The position numbers were made by a program, and so were the translations under genes. Under the pieces are notes generated by a model, which saw only the letters and a program-made list of their open reading frames with translations, ran no database searches and was not told where the DNA came from. From an uncultured Acidobacteriota bacterium (GTDB taxonomy: Bacteria; Acidobacteriota; UBA6911; RPQK01; CBDAPI01): DNA of 64,000 nucleotides. The stretch is from assembly GCA_964565865.1 (NCBI GenBank), contig CAZMGM010000003.1, forward strand, positions 6,572-70,571, given 5' to 3'. Positions within the stretch are counted from its first letter, which is position 1; every line of letters starts with the position of its first letter. Below, piece after piece: positions 54,341 to 63,594 of this stretch.

Positions 54341-55093
54341 TCGTTTCCGGCGGATACGATCCTGTAGGATAGTCTCAGCTCGGGCCAGCTGCTGCAGGTT
54401 GTTCACACCAAGGACCTCCTGTGCCGGAGCCTCCACTGTTTCTACAGGCAAGGCATCCCGTCCCAGAAGTGCCACTGTGTCGGTCAACAGGTACTCTCTT
54501 TGCTCGTTGTCATCGGAGACGCGGTCAAGGACCGGGAACAAGCGTCGCACATCGAAACAGTAGTACCCGGGATTGACCTCCCGGATTTTCTGCTGTTTTT
54601 GGGTAGCGTCCTTTTCCTCAACGATTCGCAGCGGTTCTCCGGCATTCCGTATCACACGCCCGTATCCCTTCGGGTCTTCCAGGTGACTCGTAATCAGTGC
54701 CAGCGCCGCGCCCGACTGCTCCCTGGTGCGGAGCAGGTCGTGTAGCCGTTCACTAGTGATGAGCGGACCATCGCCATGAAGAACCAGAACGCTCCCCCGC
54801 TTTCCGTGCAGGTAAGACTGGGTCATCGATACAGCGTGTGCCGTTCCCAGCTGCTGTGTCTGCGTTACCCATGTCACTGGCCAACCAGCAAACCGCTGTC
54901 GCACCTGCTCCGCCTGATGCCCCACGACCACGAGGGTCTGAGACAAGGTGAGGGCGCCGAGCCGGGTAAGAACATGTTGCAACATGGGAGCTCCACAAAG
55001 GGAATGTAGAACCTTGGGAAGCGATGAATGAAATCGAGTGCTCCTGCCGGCTGCCAGGACCACTGCGTAGCGCGATGGAGCCATGGTCAGCAC
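54329..55093 (-). CDS. Sugar-nucleotide nucleotidyltransferase, GlmU N-terminal-domain-like (no acetyltransferase domain)
   Basis: NTP_transferase signature VVLAAGRSTRF…LPKVLH and the conserved YYCFD. The left-handed β-helix is absent. Confidence 0.7.
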   Translation of the reverse strand: MLTMAPSRYAVVLAAGRSTRFHSSLPKVLHSLCGAPMLQHVLTRLGALTLSQTLVVVGHQAEQVRQRFAGWPVTWVTQTQQLGTAHAVSMTQSYLHGKRGSVLVLHGDGPLITSERLHDLLRTREQSGAALALITSHLEDPKGYGRVIRNAGEPLRIVEEKDATQKQQKIREVNPGYYCFDVRRLFPVLDRVSDDNEQREYLLTDTVALLGRDALPVETVEAPAQEVLGVNNLQQLARAETILQDRIRRKRVNG

Positions 55094-55138
55094 TGTAGCA
55101 GTCCGTGGTGAAAATCAGAGGAGGCAAATTGCCGGTTT

Positions 55139-55663
55139 TCAGTGAGAGATTTTCTTGGGCGTGACAAGTTCCCGAAAATCTTCCTGGGAGTCGAGAGACT
55201 CGAAATCTGGGTCGTGCTGGGCATGAAAGCGGTGTACCTCGTCCGCTGCAATGGCTTTCTTCAGATTCTGAAGGGTCTCCTCTATCAAGCCCATCCTGGC
55301 ATAGCTAGCGGCCATGGCCGCGTGCACCGCACCTAGGTTTGGCTCCTCGCCGGCTTTCTTTAAGGCCCGGCTGAAGTAATCGATTGCCTTCTCGTAGTCA
55401 CCTCGATTGTGCTCGTACACTCCTGCATCATAGAGCTCGATGGGACCCTTGGGAGCGGCTGCCGGGCTGACGCTCTTCTCCCTGCAAAGCCTGAGAAAAA
55501 GTTCTATCCGCGCGATGATCTTCTTATCGTCCGGGTACTTCTTAAGAATCGATTCGAAGCCCACCTGGGCCTTCTTATAATCGCCCCTGTATAGGAGTTT
55601 TATTGCCTGTTCATACTTCTTGTACGCTGGATTGTTTTCCTGGCGTGATTTCGTGGTCGGCAT
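55139..55663 (-). CDS. TPR-repeat protein
   Basis: Three to four TPR-like units (YDAGVYEHNRGDYEKAIDYFSRALK…). The longest ORF extends to 55765; the start at 55663 was chosen to avoid overlap with the divergent gene. Confidence 0.55.
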   Translation of the reverse strand: MPTTKSRQENNPAYKKYEQAIKLLYRGDYKKAQVGFESILKKYPDDKKIIARIELFLRLCREKSVSPAAAPKGPIELYDAGVYEHNRGDYEKAIDYFSRALKKAGEEPNLGAVHAAMAASYARMGLIEETLQNLKKAIAADEVHRFHAQHDPDFESLDSQEDFRELVTPKKISH

Positions 55664-55770
55664 CGCTCCTCCGCAAAAGCTTGATATTATAGCAGCCTGC
55701 AGCAGTTGGAAGTCTCGCGGTGGTGCTATCAAGGCGGCTGTTAGAAAGGAAGGATCTCGAGTCAAGAGTG

Positions 55771-57081
55771 ATGTCGGCCAGACTGGACAGGGTTGAAGAG
55801 CTGATCGGGCGTTTTCCAGACCTACCTCCGGAGGTGGCGTTCAAGGAAGACATCCTTCGGACCGGTCTGTCCTTCTCCGAAGATGCGCTGCGTGTCGCAG
55901 CTGGATGCAAGCCGAAAGCCTACTTCATCTTCTCATTTGATTTCCTGCCCGTCCAAGAAATGGAAAACCGGGAGAACTGGCGTGCTCCAGAGGAGATCTG
56001 CCTGCACGGTGGTAAGCGGAACTTTCGTCGCTTGATTGTGTCCGTTCGACTTAACCCGCAATCTCGGTATCGGGTAGAACTCTCTGGGGAGGGAAGATTG
56101 ATCCTGACCCTGGATGCTACTGAAATCTGTGACGTGGAGTACCAGGCCGTTCCAGACTACTACAAAAGGAACCTTCCCAATGGCAAGCCTGTGGCGGATA
56201 TCTGTCCCACCATCGAATGGGGATATCTGCTATACCTGACCGTCTTTCGCATCTGCCAATACTTCGGCAAGAAGGAGGAGTGTCAGTTCTGTGACATCAA
56301 CGCAAATTATCGGCAGCAGAAAAAGGCGGGTCGACCCTACACCGGCGTTAAGAGCGTCGAAGAGGTTTTGCAGGCCCTGGAAATCATCGACCGCACCGAT
56401 ACGGAGTCCGGGGCGTACACGGTCACAGGGGGCAGCATTACCTCAAGGTTGGACGGAAAGAGCGAAGTAGAATTCTATGAACAGTATCCGGCAGCCATTG
56501 AGGCCCGCTTTCCAGGGAGATGGATCAGTAAGGTTGTCGTGCAGGCACTTCCCAGGGAGGAAGTGCAACGTTTCAAAGATGCCGGAGTCCAGATTTATCA
56601 CCCCAATTACGAGGTGTGGGATCCACGCCTCTTTCGAATCATCTGTGCAGGAAAAAATCGGTACATCGGTCGGGACGAGTGGGTCCGGCGTATCCTGGAC
56701 GCAGCCGAGGTTTTTGGATCCGGCAACGTGATTCCAAATTTCGTGGCTGGCATCGAAATGGCGCAGCCCCATGGCTTCGAGACCCCCGAAGAAGCCGTTG
56801 AATCAACGGCTGAGGGACTTGAGTTCTTTATGTCCAGAGGCATCGTTCCCCGCTTTACGACCTGGTGTCCGGAGCCATTGAGTGTTCTTGGGAAAATCGA
56901 TCCTGGGGGTGCTCCTCTGGAGTACCATCTTCTGCTCCTCGACAGCTGGCGGACGACCCTCGAGAAACATTCCCTGAGCGCTCCTCCCGGGTATGGAAGT
57001 CCCGGCATTGGAAACGCAGTCTTTTCGGTCTCCAGTTTCATGGATGTCGTAAGACCAGCACCCCGGCAGGTCCCTTCTTGA
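55771..57081 (+). CDS. Hypothetical conserved protein with a Cys cluster (CX8CX2C)
   Basis: About 437 aa with no confidently recognised family. Contains the Cys motif CQYFGKKEECQFC. Lies upstream of korAB on the same strand. Confidence 0.5.
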   Translation: MSARLDRVEELIGRFPDLPPEVAFKEDILRTGLSFSEDALRVAAGCKPKAYFIFSFDFLPVQEMENRENWRAPEEICLHGGKRNFRRLIVSVRLNPQSRYRVELSGEGRLILTLDATEICDVEYQAVPDYYKRNLPNGKPVADICPTIEWGYLLYLTVFRICQYFGKKEECQFCDINANYRQQKKAGRPYTGVKSVEEVLQALEIIDRTDTESGAYTVTGGSITSRLDGKSEVEFYEQYPAAIEARFPGRWISKVVVQALPREEVQRFKDAGVQIYHPNYEVWDPRLFRIICAGKNRYIGRDEWVRRILDAAEVFGSGNVIPNFVAGIEMAQPHGFETPEEAVESTAEGLEFFMSRGIVPRFTTWCPEPLSVLGKIDPGGAPLEYHLLLLDSWRTTLEKHSLSAPPGYGSPGIGNAVFSVSSFMDVVRPAPRQVPS

Positions 57082-57424
57082 ACTGAATTTGGAAGAGGCG
57101 ATGGAAATAAGTGGTTTCCAGAACCTGGAACTATTCGACTTCTCAATTCCCAAAGATCGGCAAGCAATGGAGGAAGCAATTGCTCTCATCTGGTTGCAAC
57201 TCGGCCGCCACTACAACATTGTCATTGGTGGGAGCCACCTCAAGACCGAGGTCGTGGGTCCAGATGCCAGGCGAACCGACACAGGCCATGCTGAAGCATC
57301 GGCAGGCAGGGGCAATGCAGAAGATGGGACTGCGGCGTCCGTAACCCGAAGGACGCCAGGGGTTGGCGCTCTCTGGTTGCGTTTCTCGTTGTCTCCGATG
57401 AATCAGGATCGGTGTCCTCTTCCT

Positions 57425-57457
57425 TCCTTGCCAGGGAACAGAGTTCCCTGGCAAGGG
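57425..57457 (+). terminator. Perfect 14-bp stem hairpin (ccttgccagggaac-agag-gttccctggcaagg), putative terminator or regulatory element
   Basis: Seen directly in the sequence, followed by gacTTTTacc. Lies between the hypothetical gene and korA, inside the doubtful ORF 57089..57478. Confidence 0.35.
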
Positions 57458-57770
57458 ACTTTTACCATGGACTGCTAGTGCACCTCGTCGGTCAGGACCT
57501 TGCCTTCCCCTGCGCTTTTCGAGGAAGGCAGGGAGCTCCTCTTTTGCTCTCCCCGGTAGACGGAGTGGGTCTCCATTCACCGCGAGTGTCTCGCACCCAC
57601 CGCACGGTCGTTCAGAGTCCAGAATTCCAGGTTCTGGATCATGGTTTCCCGGTTCTGGATACACCCTTTTCTGGACGAACCGTTTCGGTGAGCTAATTCA
57701 CTGCAAACTAATCAGCCAAATCTGTTATATTACCCGCGCTTTGAGGCGTCTCGCTCTGAGGCATATGCAT

Positions 57771-59636
57771 ATGTTGGAGAGAGCATTGGGCCGGACAGAA
57801 ACACTTGTCAAAAAACAGAAGGCCACGAACCAGGTTGAGGAGGTCATCAACGATTTCAGCATTCAGGTTGCCACGGTCAACGGTTCCGGAAGCCAGTCTT
57901 CCAACAATGTGCTGATGCGGTCCATTTTCCAGATGGGGATCCCGATCAGCGGTAAGAATCTTTTTCCCTCCAATATCGCAGGGCTCCCAACCTGGTTCAC
58001 GATCCGTGCTTCCAAGGAGGGATATGTCGCCCGCAAGAAGGAAATTGACATCCTTATCGCCATGAACCCGCAAACCGCCCGGGAGGACGTAGAGGGTCTG
58101 GAATCCGGAAGCGTGGTGATTTTCGAGGAGAACCTGCGCCTCTCGCGCCTTCGGGAAGACCTCTGTTTCTATCCGGTTCCCTTTTCCAGGTTGGCTGCCG
58201 AGGTCGTCAAGGATTTCAGGTTGAGGAAACTGGTGGCCAACATGGTGTATGTCGGCTCTGCAGCACAGATCCTCAACATCGATTTAGAGGAAGTAAAGGC
58301 GGCTATTGGAAAGTGGTTCCAAAGCAAGACAAAGGCTATCGAATTTAACGTCAAGGCAGCGCGTCTGGGCGCCGAGTATGTTGAAGAGAACCTTGATAAA
58401 CAGGATCCTTTTCGAGTCGAAAGAATGGAGGCAACTCGGGGGAAGATTCTTATTGACGGCAATGCTGCCGCCGCGCTCGGCTGTGTCTTTGGCGGGTTCA
58501 CGGTCGCCACTTGGTATCCGATCACCCCTTCCAGCAGTCTGTGTGAGGCCATCATCGATTATGCTGGAAGATTCCGCGTCGACAAGGAGACGGGAAAAGC
58601 CACCTTCGCCGTGGTTCAGGCGGAGGACGAACTGGCCGCTTTGGGGATGGCAATCGGAGCGGGCTGGGCGGGGTCCCGCGCCATGACCTCCACCTCGGGA
58701 CCGGGGATTTCACTGATGTCCGAGTTTGCGGGACTGGCCTATTTCGCCGAGGTTCCCTGTGTGATCTTTGACATTCAGCGTGTCGGGCCCAGCACGGGTT
58801 TGCCGACGCGGACTTCTCAGGGTGACATCAATCTGCTCTATCATAACTCTCACGGCGATACCAAGCATCTGGTTCTTTTTCCGGCCACCATGAAGGAGTG
58901 CTTCGAGTTTGCACAGATGTCCTTCGATCTGGCGGAACGGTTCCAGCAGCCCGTTTTCATCGCATCGGATCTCGATCTGGCCATGAACAACTGGATGACT
59001 GCCCCCTTCGAGCACCCCGCTTCTCCCTTTGACCGCGGGAAGGTACTGACTGCCGAGGACCTGGACCGGCTGGGAGAGTTTGGCCGCTATAAGGACGTGG
59101 ATGGCGATGGAATCACCTATCGTACCCTTCCTGGGACCAAGCACGATCTGGCCGCCTATCTGACCCGGGGTAGCGGACATAACGAATCCGCTCGCTATTC
59201 GGAACGGCCCGAAGACTTCACCTACCTGCTGGACCGCCTGGCCCGGAAATACAAGACGGCTAAAGCGCATGTGCCGGCTCCTGTTGTCGATCGGGTCGAG
59301 GGTTCGAGGCTTGGTTTAATTGCCTACGGTTCGACCGACGCGGCGGTCCAGGAGTGCCGCGATCAGTTGAGCATGGGTTACGGAACTGAGGTCAGCTACC
59401 TGCGCTTGAGAGCTCTCCCGCTGACAGATGAGGTTACGGAGTTCATATCCGCCCATGAAGAAGTATTTGTCGTTGAACAAAACCGGGATGGCCAGGTGGC
59501 GGAGATTATACGCCTCGCCGCAGGAGCGGAAATAGTCAAAGTGAAAAGTGTACTTCACTATAACGGCATGCCCATCGATGCCCGATTTATCACGGATCAG
59601 GTGGCCGCCATGGCGCGATTGGAAAGGACGAGCTAA
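57771..59636 (+). CDS. korA: 2-oxoacid:ferredoxin oxidoreductase alpha subunit (fused gamma/alpha domains, KorA-like)
   Basis: The N-terminal POR gamma-like domain (FSIQVATVNGSGSQSSNNVL) is followed by PFOR domain I. Confidence 0.85.
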   Translation: MLERALGRTETLVKKQKATNQVEEVINDFSIQVATVNGSGSQSSNNVLMRSIFQMGIPISGKNLFPSNIAGLPTWFTIRASKEGYVARKKEIDILIAMNPQTAREDVEGLESGSVVIFEENLRLSRLREDLCFYPVPFSRLAAEVVKDFRLRKLVANMVYVGSAAQILNIDLEEVKAAIGKWFQSKTKAIEFNVKAARLGAEYVEENLDKQDPFRVERMEATRGKILIDGNAAAALGCVFGGFTVATWYPITPSSSLCEAIIDYAGRFRVDKETGKATFAVVQAEDELAALGMAIGAGWAGSRAMTSTSGPGISLMSEFAGLAYFAEVPCVIFDIQRVGPSTGLPTRTSQGDINLLYHNSHGDTKHLVLFPATMKECFEFAQMSFDLAERFQQPVFIASDLDLAMNNWMTAPFEHPASPFDRGKVLTAEDLDRLGEFGRYKDVDGDGITYRTLPGTKHDLAAYLTRGSGHNESARYSERPEDFTYLLDRLARKYKTAKAHVPAPVVDRVEGSRLGLIAYGSTDAAVQECRDQLSMGYGTEVSYLRLRALPLTDEVTEFISAHEEVFVVEQNRDGQVAEIIRLAAGAEIVKVKSVLHYNGMPIDARFITDQVAAMARLERTS

Positions 59637-60691
59637 TGCCTGTCAAAATACCCAGCTCTCCCCGGCGACGGAAGAAAACAAATCGGATTGGGTTGACGGT
59701 TAAGGATTACCGTGGTGTGCCCTCTACCATGTGTTCCGGGTGCGGGCACGATTCGATCACCAGCCAGATCATCAAAGCCTTTTTCGAGGCCGGAGTCGAA
59801 CCTCACCAGGTTGCCAAAATGAGCGGTATCGGCTGTTCTAGCAAGACGCCCGCCTATTTCTTGAGCAAGGCTCACGGGTTGAACGGGGTTCATGGGCGAA
59901 TGCCTTCCCTGGCAACCGGGGCCAAGCTTGCCAACCGCGATCTCATCTGCATCGGGATCAGTGGCGACGGTGATACAGCATCCATCGGACTTGGCCAGTT
60001 CTGCCACCTTCTGCGCCGCAACGTTCCCATGATGTACATCATCGAAAACAACGGCGTGTACGGACTAACCAAAGGCCAGTTCTCGGCTACGGCCGACATA
60101 GGGTCGAAACTGAAGACCGGAGTCATGAATGATCTTCCGGCAATCGACTGCTGTTCGCTTGCCATCGAAATGGGATGCAGCTACGTAGCCCGCTCCTTCG
60201 CAGGCGATCCTAAGCAGGTCGTGGCCTTGTTACGTGGTGCTTTGAGCCATGGGGGCACCTCTATGCTGGACATTATCAGTCCCTGCGTCACCTTCAACAA
60301 TCACGGTGCCTCCACAAAGAGCTATTCGTGGGCTAAGGAACACAAGGAATTGCTACACCGGATTGACTTTGTCCCTTACTACGAACAGGTGCAGGAAGTG
60401 GACTATGATTTGGGGGAGCTGGTGGAGGTGAAGATGCATGATGGTTCCTGCCTCAGGCTCAGGAAAGTGGCCCGGGACTACAATCCAATGGATCGGAATG
60501 CCGCTCTGGCAATGCTCCGCACAACAGATCGGAAGGAAGAATTTGCGACCGGCTTGATTTACGTCAACCCTGTGGCTGAAAACTTTATCGACCGTCTGAA
60601 TCTGCATGAGACGCCACTGGCTCACCTGCAAGACGACGAAATCCGGCCCGGCCCGAAGGCGCTGGCCGAAGCTATGTGCGAGCTGGAATAG
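59636..60691 (+). CDS. korB: 2-oxoacid:ferredoxin oxidoreductase beta subunit (TPP-binding, KorB-like)
   Basis: TPP-binding motif GDGD (IGISGDGDTASIG), Cys-rich N-terminus (CSGCGHD…GIGCSS). 1-nt overlap with korA. Confidence 0.85.
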   Translation: MPVKIPSSPRRRKKTNRIGLTVKDYRGVPSTMCSGCGHDSITSQIIKAFFEAGVEPHQVAKMSGIGCSSKTPAYFLSKAHGLNGVHGRMPSLATGAKLANRDLICIGISGDGDTASIGLGQFCHLLRRNVPMMYIIENNGVYGLTKGQFSATADIGSKLKTGVMNDLPAIDCCSLAIEMGCSYVARSFAGDPKQVVALLRGALSHGGTSMLDIISPCVTFNNHGASTKSYSWAKEHKELLHRIDFVPYYEQVQEVDYDLGELVEVKMHDGSCLRLRKVARDYNPMDRNAALAMLRTTDRKEEFATGLIYVNPVAENFIDRLNLHETPLAHLQDDEIRPGPKALAEAMCELE

Positions 60692-60775
60692 AAGAGTTCC
60701 ACATTTTCCGTTTTGCCCACTATCAACCGTCAACCGGTAGCCAGTAGTTGGTAACCGGCAACCAATTCCTGCTTG
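60692..60775. repeat. Heptanucleotide-repeat element, copy 4
   Basis: gaagagttccacatt…tatcaac|cgtcaac|cggtagc|cagtagt|tggtaac|cggcaac|caattcc, between korB and the FadB-like gene. Confidence 0.55.
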
Positions 60776-60809
60776 CATCTGCTACCTTCATCAGGCAAGT
60801 TCTTGGACC

Positions 60810-63149
60810 ATGGAGAGAAAGATTAGGAAAGCAGGAGTTCTGGGCGCCGGGACGATGGGATCTCAGATTGCCGCGCATCTGGCTAATGTGGGTATTCCTT
60901 CCGTGCTGCTGGACATGCCTCAGCCAGGACGAGACAAGAGTAAGCTGGCCCGTTCGGCCTTGAAACATCTCACCAGAATGAGGCCTGCACCATTTTACGG
61001 AAGGGGGGCCTGGAGCCTGATCCACCCGGGAAACTTTGAGGATGATCTGGGGTTACTCGGGGACTGCGACTGGGTTGTTGAAGCTGTCGCGGAACGTCTA
61101 GCAGTGAAGCAGAAGCTGTGGGCGGAAGTGGAGCCTCACTTGAAACCCGGAACGATCGTCTCCAGTAACACCAGCGGCCTGTCGATTGAGGCAATCGCTG
61201 GTGCTCGCTCCCAAGAGTTTCGCAGCCATTGGCTGGGAACCCATTTCTTTAACCCCCCTCGCTACATGAAGCTTCTCGAAATTATTCCGGGATCTGACAC
61301 CTTGCCCGAGGTTGTCGAGTTTCTATCCAGATTCAGTGACCGGAAACTCGGAAAAGGGGTCGTCTTCGCCAAGGATGTTCCCAACTTTGTCGCCAACCGG
61401 ATCGGGGCCTTCGCGGCCTCGGCGGCCATGCATTTGACGAAAAAGATCGGTCTCTCCATTGAGGAAGTGGACGCGCTCACAGGTCCAGTCATCGGCCGGC
61501 CGACGACGGCTACCTTCCGGCTGGCGGATTTGATTGGAAATGACATCATGTGTCACGTGTCGGAGAACCTTTACGAGAGTCTTCCCGACGATTCCTGGCG
61601 GGAGCTTCTTGCCCCAAACGATCTTCAGCTCCGCCTCGTGGAACGCGGCTGGAATGGACGCAAGGCAGGACAGGGATACTATCTGAAGAAGGGCGGAGAG
61701 TTCCTGGTCCTGGATCCGGAAACGATGGAGTATCGAAGTCAGCAGCCGGTGCAGATCCCATCTCTGGCCGATGTGAAACAATCGTCGGATCCGCTGGAGC
61801 GCATCCAACGGCTGATTCGCTCGGGGGACAGGAGCGAAGACTTCCTGTGGCCGCTCCTTCGAGACACATTCGCCTATTCCGCCGGCTTGGTCGGCGAGAT
61901 TTGTGATCATCTCTATCAGATCGACCAGGCTATGTGCTGGGGCTGGGCCTGGACACATGGTCCCTTTGAGCTGTGGGATGGACTGGGGGCGGCCGAGACG
62001 GCAGAGCGAATTCGGAGCGACGGCGTGGTGTTGCCGGACTGGGTTGACAGCGCCCTGGGTTTGGGGAAGGGCGGCTTCTACATTGCGGGCGATCTGACCC
62101 GCTTTTTCGATCGGGCTTCCTCGACCCACGGGGAAATGCCCATCGATCCGGAAAGCCTGAATCTTGAAGTCCTGAAATCGCAACAGGCTCCGGTTCTATC
62201 GAACCCCTCTGCCAGCCTGATCGACCTAGGCGAGGGTGTGGCCTGTCTTGAATTCCATTCCAAGATGAATGCCATTGACGAGGAGCTTGTCAGCATAGGT
62301 CTGGAGGCCACCGAGCGAGTGGCCAGCGACTTCCGGGCTCTCGTGATCGGCAATCAGGGGTTAAATTTTTCCGCGGGCGCCAATCTGGCCAGGCTCCTGG
62401 ATTCGTGTCGCCGCAGTGCCTGGCAGGAGATTGAACAAGTGGTCAGGCGTTTCCAGAAGTTTTGCGAGGGACTCCGGAAATCCCCTTTTCCTGTGGTGGC
62501 AGCTCCGTTCCGGAAAACTCTTGGCGGGGGAATGGAGCTCTGTCTGCCCTGTGATCGACTGGTCAGCTCGGCGGAGACCTACATGGGTCTGGTGGAGGTG
62601 GGGGTGGGACTGATTCCAGCCGGAGGGGGATGCTGCGAAATGCTACTCCGCAAGCAGCCGGCTGACCCCAATGACAAACTGCATCACCAGGCCGGTGTTG
62701 TGAAGGTATTCGACGCCATTTTTACGGCGAAAGTCTCGGGCAGTGCCGTGGAAGCACGGGAGCTCGGTTTTCTCCGAGACCAGGATGAAATCGAAGTCAG
62801 CCAGGATCGAGTTTTGTTTCGGGCCAGGCAACAAGCAATCGGTTTGAGCTCTAACTACACCCCGCCTGATTTGCCCCCTATGACCGCCTACGGAGCGTCT
62901 TGCCTGGCCCGACTCAAGGTAACAATCCATCTGATGAGCCGAGCCGGGTACTTGTCCGATCACGACGTACTCATTGGGAATAAGCTGGCCTATGTTCTGT
63001 GCGGAGGTGATTTCAGCCACGCCACGACGGTCCCGGAGGGGTACTTTCTCAATCTGGAGAGGGAAGCATTTCTCTCGTTGTGCGGCGAAGAAAAGACCCA
63101 GCAAAGAATCGAGCATATGCTCCGGACCGGAAAACCCTTAAGGAATTAA
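60810..63149 (+). CDS. Fused 3-hydroxyacyl-CoA dehydrogenase (N-terminal) / enoyl-CoA hydratase (C-terminal) fatty-acid oxidation protein
   Basis: NAD-binding motif GVLGAGTMGSQIA at the N-terminus, 3HCDH_N and 3HCDH C-domains, then a crotonase-fold region (…VAAPFRKTLGGGMEL…). Confidence 0.85.
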   Translation: MERKIRKAGVLGAGTMGSQIAAHLANVGIPSVLLDMPQPGRDKSKLARSALKHLTRMRPAPFYGRGAWSLIHPGNFEDDLGLLGDCDWVVEAVAERLAVKQKLWAEVEPHLKPGTIVSSNTSGLSIEAIAGARSQEFRSHWLGTHFFNPPRYMKLLEIIPGSDTLPEVVEFLSRFSDRKLGKGVVFAKDVPNFVANRIGAFAASAAMHLTKKIGLSIEEVDALTGPVIGRPTTATFRLADLIGNDIMCHVSENLYESLPDDSWRELLAPNDLQLRLVERGWNGRKAGQGYYLKKGGEFLVLDPETMEYRSQQPVQIPSLADVKQSSDPLERIQRLIRSGDRSEDFLWPLLRDTFAYSAGLVGEICDHLYQIDQAMCWGWAWTHGPFELWDGLGAAETAERIRSDGVVLPDWVDSALGLGKGGFYIAGDLTRFFDRASSTHGEMPIDPESLNLEVLKSQQAPVLSNPSASLIDLGEGVACLEFHSKMNAIDEELVSIGLEATERVASDFRALVIGNQGLNFSAGANLARLLDSCRRSAWQEIEQVVRRFQKFCEGLRKSPFPVVAAPFRKTLGGGMELCLPCDRLVSSAETYMGLVEVGVGLIPAGGGCCEMLLRKQPADPNDKLHHQAGVVKVFDAIFTAKVSGSAVEARELGFLRDQDEIEVSQDRVLFRARQQAIGLSSNYTPPDLPPMTAYGASCLARLKVTIHLMSRAGYLSDHDVLIGNKLAYVLCGGDFSHATTVPEGYFLNLEREAFLSLCGEEKTQQRIEHMLRTGKPLRN

Positions 63150-63285
63150 TCCGTTTCACCAAGGGAGTACCGAAGGTTCGGATACACTGCCCACCGCGCT
63201 TTCTCACTTCGAGTCAGCGGTGACCTTGGTTTTTCCAGAAGAGGTTGACTTCCTGTGTTTTCATGTATTAGTGTGTTAATACGAC

Positions 63286-63594
63286 ATGGAGCAAGAACTT
63301 CATCAAAATGAAGACCTTTGGTCGCTGTTTCAGGTTATCTGTCATCTTGACGATGTGGAGGCCTGTTCACGGTTTTTTCGCGACCTATGCACGGTGGGCG
63401 AGCTGAACGCCATAGCCGAGCGATGGGCCGTTGTACGTTTGCTAGGTGATGGTCTGGCGTACCGGGAAATCAGCGGGACGACCGGGTCCAGCACGACGAC
63501 CGTCACCCGTATCGCGCACTGGCTGCGCTACGGGGAAGGCGGATATCGGGAAGCCCTCAAGTGGCTCGAACAGGAGGAAAACGGAGATGAATGA
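63286..63594 (+). CDS. TrpR-like YerC/YecD-family protein
   Basis: Trp-repressor-like HTH (AERWAVVRLLGDGLAYREISGTTGSSTTTVTRIAHWL). Confidence 0.7.
   Translation: MEQELHQNEDLWSLFQVICHLDDVEACSRFFRDLCTVGELNAIAERWAVVRLLGDGLAYREISGTTGSSTTTVTRIAHWLRYGEGGYREALKWLEQEENGDE

Noticed and set aside
57089-57478. 129-aa ORF between the Cys-cluster protein and korA
   Set aside because: Not called as a gene. The C-terminal two-thirds is Ala/Gly/Arg low-complexity and contains a perfect 14-bp DNA hairpin, more consistent with a structured non-coding spacer. Only the first ~45 codons look protein-like; these are mentioned in the korAB-upstream finding.
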